From Thermococcus kodakarensis KOD1 (GTDB taxonomy: Archaea; Methanobacteriota_B; Thermococci; Thermococcales; Thermococcaceae), in assembly GCF_000009965.1 (NCBI RefSeq), contig NC_006624.1, positions 1,230,001 to 1,262,000 on the forward strand: DNA of 32,000 nt, given 5' to 3'. Numbering within the stretch: the first letter of the stretch is position 1; each line of letters begins with the position of its first letter. Below the pieces are notes generated by a model. The model ran no database searches and had not been told where the DNA came from. It saw only the letters and a list, made by a program, of their open reading frames with translations. The position numbers and the translations under genes were made by a program. Of the stretch, positions 24,244 to 32,000 are shown piece by piece.

Positions 24244-25410
24244 ATGAGAAGGGAAGTAATACTCCTCACCGGACCACCGCTCAACGGCAGGGATGAGTAC
24301 ATAGGTGAAGCCCTCGAAAGGGCAAACGGAGAGAGCTACGCCTACTACCACGTCTTTGACTACATTCGCGAGGTGGGAAAGGAACGCGGGGTTAGGATTA
24401 CCCGGAAGAACGTTCTTGACTTTGCGATAAGCCACCCAGACATGATGAACGAGATAAGGGACGAGGCCTTTGAGAGGATAAGAAAGGAAATTGACGAGAG
24501 CGATAAGAGAGTTCACCTCGTATCAACTCCAAGTCTCTTCCGCTGGGGAAGTGGAAGTGTCATCGGATTCACGCTGAGCAATCTGAAGCTTCTAGGACCC
24601 GATAGGGTCATCATAATCCTCGATGACGTCCTTTCTGTCAGGAGAAGAATAATAAACGACCCAGAGTGGTTCGAACGCTTCGGTGAAAACCCCGAGAACA
24701 TCAAGCTGACCACGTTGGTTATGTGGCGTGAGGACGCGATAAACCACGTCAAGACCCTCGTCCACGAGCTGAAAAAGGAGGGAATAAACGTCCGCTACGT
24801 CCTTCAGTTCGGTATAAGACACCCCCACGAAGTCTTTCTCGACCTAATATTCCGGGAGAACGAAAAGCCTCTTGTTTACCTAAGCTATCCGATGACGGGT
24901 CACGAAGAGGAGTACTACCACCGCGTCAGGGGATTCTACGAGAAGCTCAGCGAGCACTTCACGGTTCTTGATCCTGGAGCGCTGGACGACTGGTGGGTAG
25001 TTGCCGAATACGACAACCAGGTCAACCAGAACCCGAACATCAAGAGGATTAAAATCAAACACCTCCTCGATGGTGACGTTGTTGAGGAGCTTGAGAGGGA
25101 GGATATAGAGCAGGCGACTGACATACTCAGGAGACAGCTCGTCGAGAGGGACTTCAACCTCGTTGATGTGAGTAAGGCGATAGCGGTTTATCACTACGCC
25201 GAGGGCGTTTCGGCTGGTGTTATCAGCGAGATGGCAGAGGCTTATAGGACTTTAGCAGCGATATACCTTTACTACCCGTTCAAGAGGAGACCCAGCCCGT
25301 TCATGGAGTTCTACGGCATGCAGAACCCCTCGAGGAGAACGATGTTCAAGGACGAGGACGAGATGATAAGGGCGATGGTGGAAGAAAAGGAGTACTGGAC
25401 GAAGGCTTAA
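24244..25410 (+). CDS. conserved hypothetical two-domain protein (degenerate P-loop kinase-like N-terminal domain plus nucleoside 2-deoxyribosyltransferase-like C-terminal domain)
   Basis: GGAGGGGTG RBS and a TATTTAAA box are present. The N-terminus reads [15 protein letters not shown] (Walker-A-like but GR-D instead of GK-T/S) with a VIIILDD strand. The C-terminal half has [11 protein letters not shown] and, near its end, AIAVYHY...[14 protein letters not shown]. Domain calls are by eye. Confidence 0.6.
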   Translation: MRREVILLTGPPLNGRDEYIGEALERANGESYAYYHVFDYIREVGKERGVRITRKNVLDFAISHPDMMNEIRDEAFERIRKEIDESDKRVHLVSTPSLFRWGSGSVIGFTLSNLKLLGPDRVIIILDDVLSVRRRIINDPEWFERFGENPENIKLTTLVMWREDAINHVKTLVHELKKEGINVRYVLQFGIRHPHEVFLDLIFRENEKPLVYLSYPMTGHEEEYYHRVRGFYEKLSEHFTVLDPGALDDWWVVAEYDNQVNQNPNIKRIKIKHLLDGDVVEELEREDIEQATDILRRQLVERDFNLVDVSKAIAVYHYAEGVSAGVISEMAEAYRTLAAIYLYYPFKRRPSPFMEFYGMQNPSRRTMFKDEDEMIRAMVEEKEYWTKA

Positions 25411-25521
25411 ACTTCTGTTTCGTTTTTATTTAGTTTTTTGAATAGCGGCAAGTTGGTTTTTTAATCTTAGAGAACCATCAGAACGTCAGAAAAGTAAGGA
25501 CAAGAGAAAAGGGAGAAGAAA

Positions 25522-26787
25522 TCACTTCTTCACCCATCCGCGGTGCTTCATTGCCTCGTAGACCCTGCTGACGGCAACGACGTAGGCAGCGTCCCTCATG
25601 TGGATGTTCTTCTCCTTGTGGGTGTTGAAGACGTCCCAGAATGCCTTGGTCATCTTGTCGTCGAGCCTCTTCCTGGTCTCCTCGACCGTCCAGTAGAAGC
25701 CGTTTATGTTCTGGACCCACTCGAAGTAGCTGACGGTGACACCACCGGCGTTACAGAGGAAGTCCGGGATCTGGAGGATGCCCTTCTCGTGGAGTATCTC
25801 GTCGGCCTCCGGGGTGACCGGACCGTTGGCTACCTCGGCGACGATCTTGGCCTTGACGTTGTCGGCGTTCTCTTTGGTTATGACGCCCTCGATGGCGCTC
25901 GGGGCAAGGATGTCGACTTCAAGCTCGAGGAGCTCCTCGTTGGTGATGTTCTGGGTTCCGGGCATGTCCTTGACTGAGCCGTGCTCCTTCTTCCACTTGA
26001 GTACCTCGTCAGCCGGCGGGAGCCCGTCCGGGTTGTAGATGCCGCCCTTGCTGTCGCTGACGGCAACGACCTTCATACCGAACTCCTCACTCATTATCTT
26101 GTGGAGGTAGTAGCCGGCGTTACCGTAGCCCTGGATGGCTATGGTCTTGCCCTTGAGGTCGTCCCAGCCGAGGGCCTTAGCGGCTTCCCTGATAGTGAAG
26201 GCAGCACCGCGAGCGGTGGCGTCCATTCTGGCGACGATACCGCCAACTCCCGGCGGCTTTCCGGTGATGACACCGAAGGCCGGGCCCTTTCTCCTCATTA
26301 TGGTCTCGTACTCGTCCATCATCCAGGCCATGATCTTCGGGTTGGTGTAAACGTCAGGGGCCGGGATGTCTGTCCACGGGCCGATGACGTCGTAGACGGC
26401 CCTTATGTAGCTCCTAGCGAGCCTCTCCTGCTCCCTCTCGGAGAGCTTCTTCGGGTCAACGATGATGCCACCCTTACCTCCACCGTAGGGGAGGTCAACG
26501 ACGGCAACCTTCCAGGTCATCCAGGTGGCAAGGGCCTTAACGGTGCTGAGGGTCTCGGCCGGGTGCCACCTTATACCACCCTTGGTCGGACCGCGGGCCC
26601 AGTTGTGCTGGACACGGAAACCGGTGAAAACCTTGACAGAACCGTCGTCCATCTCGACGGGAACGCTAACCTCAACAATCCTCATGGGCCTCTTGAGCCA
26701 CTCAAGGGCCTCTTCGCTTATGTCCATGAACTGGGCAGCCCTCTCAAGCTGCTGGACGGCCATCTCAAACGGGTCAATCTCGACCAT
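25522..26787 (-). CDS. gdhA: glutamate dehydrogenase
   Basis: The catalytic-Lys motif is [12 protein letters not shown] and the NAD(P) Rossmann motif is [12 protein letters not shown]. 421 aa, hexameric GDH family. Confidence 0.96.
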   Translation of the reverse strand: MVEIDPFEMAVQQLERAAQFMDISEEALEWLKRPMRIVEVSVPVEMDDGSVKVFTGFRVQHNWARGPTKGGIRWHPAETLSTVKALATWMTWKVAVVDLPYGGGKGGIIVDPKKLSEREQERLARSYIRAVYDVIGPWTDIPAPDVYTNPKIMAWMMDEYETIMRRKGPAFGVITGKPPGVGGIVARMDATARGAAFTIREAAKALGWDDLKGKTIAIQGYGNAGYYLHKIMSEEFGMKVVAVSDSKGGIYNPDGLPPADEVLKWKKEHGSVKDMPGTQNITNEELLELEVDILAPSAIEGVITKENADNVKAKIVAEVANGPVTPEADEILHEKGILQIPDFLCNAGGVTVSYFEWVQNINGFYWTVEETRKRLDDKMTKAFWDVFNTHKEKNIHMRDAAYVVAVSRVYEAMKHRGWVKK

Positions 26788-26835
26788 TCATACCACCTCA
26801 TTTCGGTAATCTGCGAGGTTAACTTAGGCGTTTGC

Positions 26836-26844
26836 ATATATAAA
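26836..26844 (-). promoter_or_regulatory. TATA box of gdhA
   Basis: The minus strand reads CGAAAGGTTTATATATGC about 50 nt upstream of the ATG, with a GAGGTGG RBS. Confidence 0.6.
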
Positions 26845-27342
26845 CCTTTCGATAAACAGGCTGGAAAACAGTCTGTTTTGAACAAAAAGTTAAATAGTGA
26901 AATTTCCAAAAGAACAAAGGCCAATTCTCGGAGATTTCGCCAAAAGGAGCGATGTACATCGAGGAATTTTTATACACCAAAGGACTTTTACGTTCATCAA
27001 AGTTCATAAAAATGATGAAATGCCCTCAGCGAGAAGTCGGTCATCATCTCTCAGCTCACTCTCTTTCCAATCATCGGGCAACGGGCCATAGGGAGGCCGT
27101 GTTTAAAATTATTTTCCACTCATCTCAAAATTGCCGGGATGTCTAAAATCACCTAACGAGCCAAGATAGATTTGAAAAAGTGACAAAAATTGGATATTGA
27201 TTATTTTATGCCCAAGTAAATCGTCTTTTGTCGAAAACTACCGTTCAAAAGCTTTTTATACCACGACCGAATATATACAGAGTGCCCGTACTGTGGGCAC
27301 TTCAGCCCGATTAAATACCAACGGAATCGGAGGTGGGATATA

Positions 27343-28902
27343 ATGGAAGCCCAAAGGGATCAATGGGCGACCAAGCTCGGTTTGATTTTAGCAATGGCTG
27401 GAAACGCAGTCGGTCTCGGTAACTTCGTAAGGTTCCCGACTCAGGTTGCCCAGAACGGTGGCGGCGCCTTCATGGTGCCGTACTTCATAGCGCTGTTCTT
27501 CCTCGGTATTCCAGTGATGTGGGTTGAGTGGGTTGCCGGTCGCTACGGTGGCAAGTATGGCCACGGTACCCTCGGCCCGACGTACTACCTCATGGCGAGG
27601 GAGAGCCTCAAGCCCAGGAGCGCGTTCTGGTTCGGTGTGATATCCGGAATGCTGGCGTTCTCGCTGACAGTGCTCCTCAACAGCTACTACCTGCACCTGA
27701 TCGGATGGTCGGCCGCTTACACATACTTCAGCGCGGCGGGTTCCTACTTCGGACAGCCCACAGGAGAGTTCTTCAGCAACTACCTAAGCAACCACGGCCA
27801 GGTCATGCTCTTCTGGGGCATAACAGTAATCCTGCTCGCAATCGCAGTTGGCCAGGGTGTCAGCAAGGGTATCGAGCGCTGGGTCAAGGTTATGATGCCA
27901 CTCCTGTACGTCTTCGCAATCCTAATGATAATATACATATTCACCCTCGGCTCCCCAGTTGACCCGAACTGGAGCACCATAGATGGCTTCCGCTTCATCT
28001 GGACTCCGAACTGGAGCTACCTCGGCGACCACCTCTGGCAGGTAATGCTGGCCGCGACTGGACAGATATTCTTCACGCTGTCCCTCGGTATGAGTATCAT
28101 CCAGAACTACGCAAGCTACCTCGGCCCGAAGGACGACGTCGCCCTCTCTGGTATAGCAACAGTTTCACTCAACGAGTTCGCCGAGGTTGTTCTCGGTGGT
28201 TCAATAGCCATACCGCTCGCAACTGCCTACGCTCCGAAGATAGTTCCGCCCGATGTCCTCCAGCAGGGCAAGACCGCAGCACTCGAATGGATAGGACAGA
28301 AGTTCGGCCTTGGCTTCTCCTACACCAGCCTCCCGAACGTCTTCGTCAGCATGGGCGACATCGGAAGGCTCTTCGGCGCCCTCTGGTTCCTCCTGCTGTG
28401 GTTCGCGGGCTTCACATCAGCCATAGCTATGTACAACTACCTCGTCGCAATGCTTGAAGAGGACATGCACATCAAGAGGTCAGTGGGCACCTGGGTGATA
28501 TTCCTCGTGTACCTCATAGCGGGTCTCCCCGTCATCTACATCGACGGCTACATGGACCAGGTCGACGCGTGGGTAAGCTTCCAGTTAACCCTGCTGGCGT
28601 TCTTTGACATAATCATTGCAGTGTACCTCTTCAAGCCAGACAACTTCTGGAGGGAGCTTCACGAGGGAGCCTGGATCAAGGTTCCAGAGTTCTACAAGTG
28701 GGTCACCCTCTACATCGCACCGCTACTGCTCCTGATACCTATGATCGGCTACTTCAAGCCGCTGGTTCAGACGACCCTTGAGTGGCCGGCTAGACTGGCA
28801 ATAATCCTCATGTGGATCCTCGGTGCCATCGAGAGCTACTACGCAATCAAGAAGAAGTACAAAGAGGAACTCGACAAGAACGAGGTAATCATCAAGGTCT
28901 GA
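27343..28902 (+). CDS. sodium-dependent transporter, neurotransmitter:sodium symporter (NSS/SNF, LeuT-like) family
   Basis: The TM1 motif is AGNAVGLGNFVRFP and the TM8 motif is WFAGFTSAIAM. 12 TM class, with a GGAGGTGG RBS. Confidence 0.92.
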   Translation: MEAQRDQWATKLGLILAMAGNAVGLGNFVRFPTQVAQNGGGAFMVPYFIALFFLGIPVMWVEWVAGRYGGKYGHGTLGPTYYLMARESLKPRSAFWFGVISGMLAFSLTVLLNSYYLHLIGWSAAYTYFSAAGSYFGQPTGEFFSNYLSNHGQVMLFWGITVILLAIAVGQGVSKGIERWVKVMMPLLYVFAILMIIYIFTLGSPVDPNWSTIDGFRFIWTPNWSYLGDHLWQVMLAATGQIFFTLSLGMSIIQNYASYLGPKDDVALSGIATVSLNEFAEVVLGGSIAIPLATAYAPKIVPPDVLQQGKTAALEWIGQKFGLGFSYTSLPNVFVSMGDIGRLFGALWFLLLWFAGFTSAIAMYNYLVAMLEEDMHIKRSVGTWVIFLVYLIAGLPVIYIDGYMDQVDAWVSFQLTLLAFFDIIIAVYLFKPDNFWRELHEGAWIKVPEFYKWVTLYIAPLLLLIPMIGYFKPLVQTTLEWPARLAIILMWILGAIESYYAIKKKYKEELDKNEVIIKV

Positions 28903-28912
28903 GGTGATGACA

Positions 28913-29020
28913 ATGGAGAGCTGGGTAATCTACATGTTGATAGCATGGGCAGTAATTCTCGGCATGGTGTACTGGAGCGTTAGCAAGCTCCTGAGCGCCG
29001 AGAAGGAAGCAAAGGGGTAA
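28913..29020 (+). CDS. 35-aa single-TM protein, putative NSS small subunit (not in the ORF track)
   Basis: ATG 28913 lies 10 nt after the transporter stop and a few nt after a perfect GAGGTGAT. It encodes MESWVIYMLIAWAVILGMVYWSVSKLLSAEKEAKG*, followed by T-runs at 29033-29053. Confidence 0.6.
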   Translation: MESWVIYMLIAWAVILGMVYWSVSKLLSAEKEAKG

Positions 29021-29064
29021 GGTATTAAATCCCTTCTTTCCCTTTTTGATTTGGGGGTGTTCTC

Positions 29065-32000
<2,936 letters not shown>

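Noticed and set aside
23527-24516. N-terminal extensions of tracked ORFs (psmB to 24516, 17308-18648, 18290-19165, 8372-9721, 29796-30173, 14943-16097, 11531-11866)
   Set aside because: The extensions run through divergent genes, promoters or terminators and start at codons without an RBS. Internal starts with good GGTG-type RBSs give proteins matching family N-termini.
27012-27047. AUGAUGA on the plus strand (27012-27018) and on the minus strand (27041-27047), considered as C boxes of a C/D sRNA
   Set aside because: The two heptamers are simply an inverted repeat. On the minus strand only one CUGA follows (11-nt spacer), with no C'/D pair and no terminal stem. On the plus strand no CUGA follows at all.
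26897-27146. Small ORFs in the gdhA-NSS spacer (26897-27091, 26952-27146, 26819-27007)
   Set aside because: They are AT-rich with atypical codon usage, have no RBS, and overlap one another in different frames.

Overview
This window looks like a densely packed core-chromosome segment of a Thermococcus. Gene content and order match my recollection of the T. kodakarensis TK1405-TK1436 neighbourhood, but I cannot verify that without a search. Coding runs at about 53-56% GC with strong GC3 bias, and intergenic spacers are AT-rich. Every long real gene therefore carries long antisense shadow ORFs, which I discarded. Supported genes, left to right: PEPCK 3' end; alpha-glucan phosphorylase with a TGM-like operator; a divergent NSS-like membrane protein; GluRS; a small membrane protein; DnaG plus a small Toprim protein; a B12/radical-SAM protein; an archaeal histone; dUTPase; tRNA-Arg(CCG); the ribosomal stalk and NusG cluster (P1, P0, L1, L11, Spt5, SecE); FtsZ; DtdA; a mini-pilin-like protein; a sugar-isomerase-like protein; a PIN-type HARP (RNA-free RNase P homolog); tRNA-Thr(GGU); tRNA-Pro(UGG); tRNA-Leu(UAG); RpiA; a membrane protein; aCPSF1/FttA; proteasome beta; a two-domain hypothetical protein; GDH; a canonical NSS transporter with an untracked 35-aa ORF; a coiled-coil membrane protein; a short-T-loop P-II protein; and the 3' part of the GH57 branching enzyme. 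There is no CRISPR array, integrase, transposase or obvious defence island, so this is mostly an ordinary housekeeping region. The least explained signal is a hairpin-rich non-coding module of about 470-620 nt. It is present twice and each copy starts exactly at the CCA end of a different tRNA gene (10931 and 19484). It has internal sub-repeats and a family of perfect stems of 7-10 bp with 3-nt loops. Secondary items are the HARP gene abutting a tRNA promoter, the kinase-like/NDT-like fusion protein, the NSS small ORF, the degenerate NSS paralog, the orphan P-II protein and a putative L1 mRNA operator.
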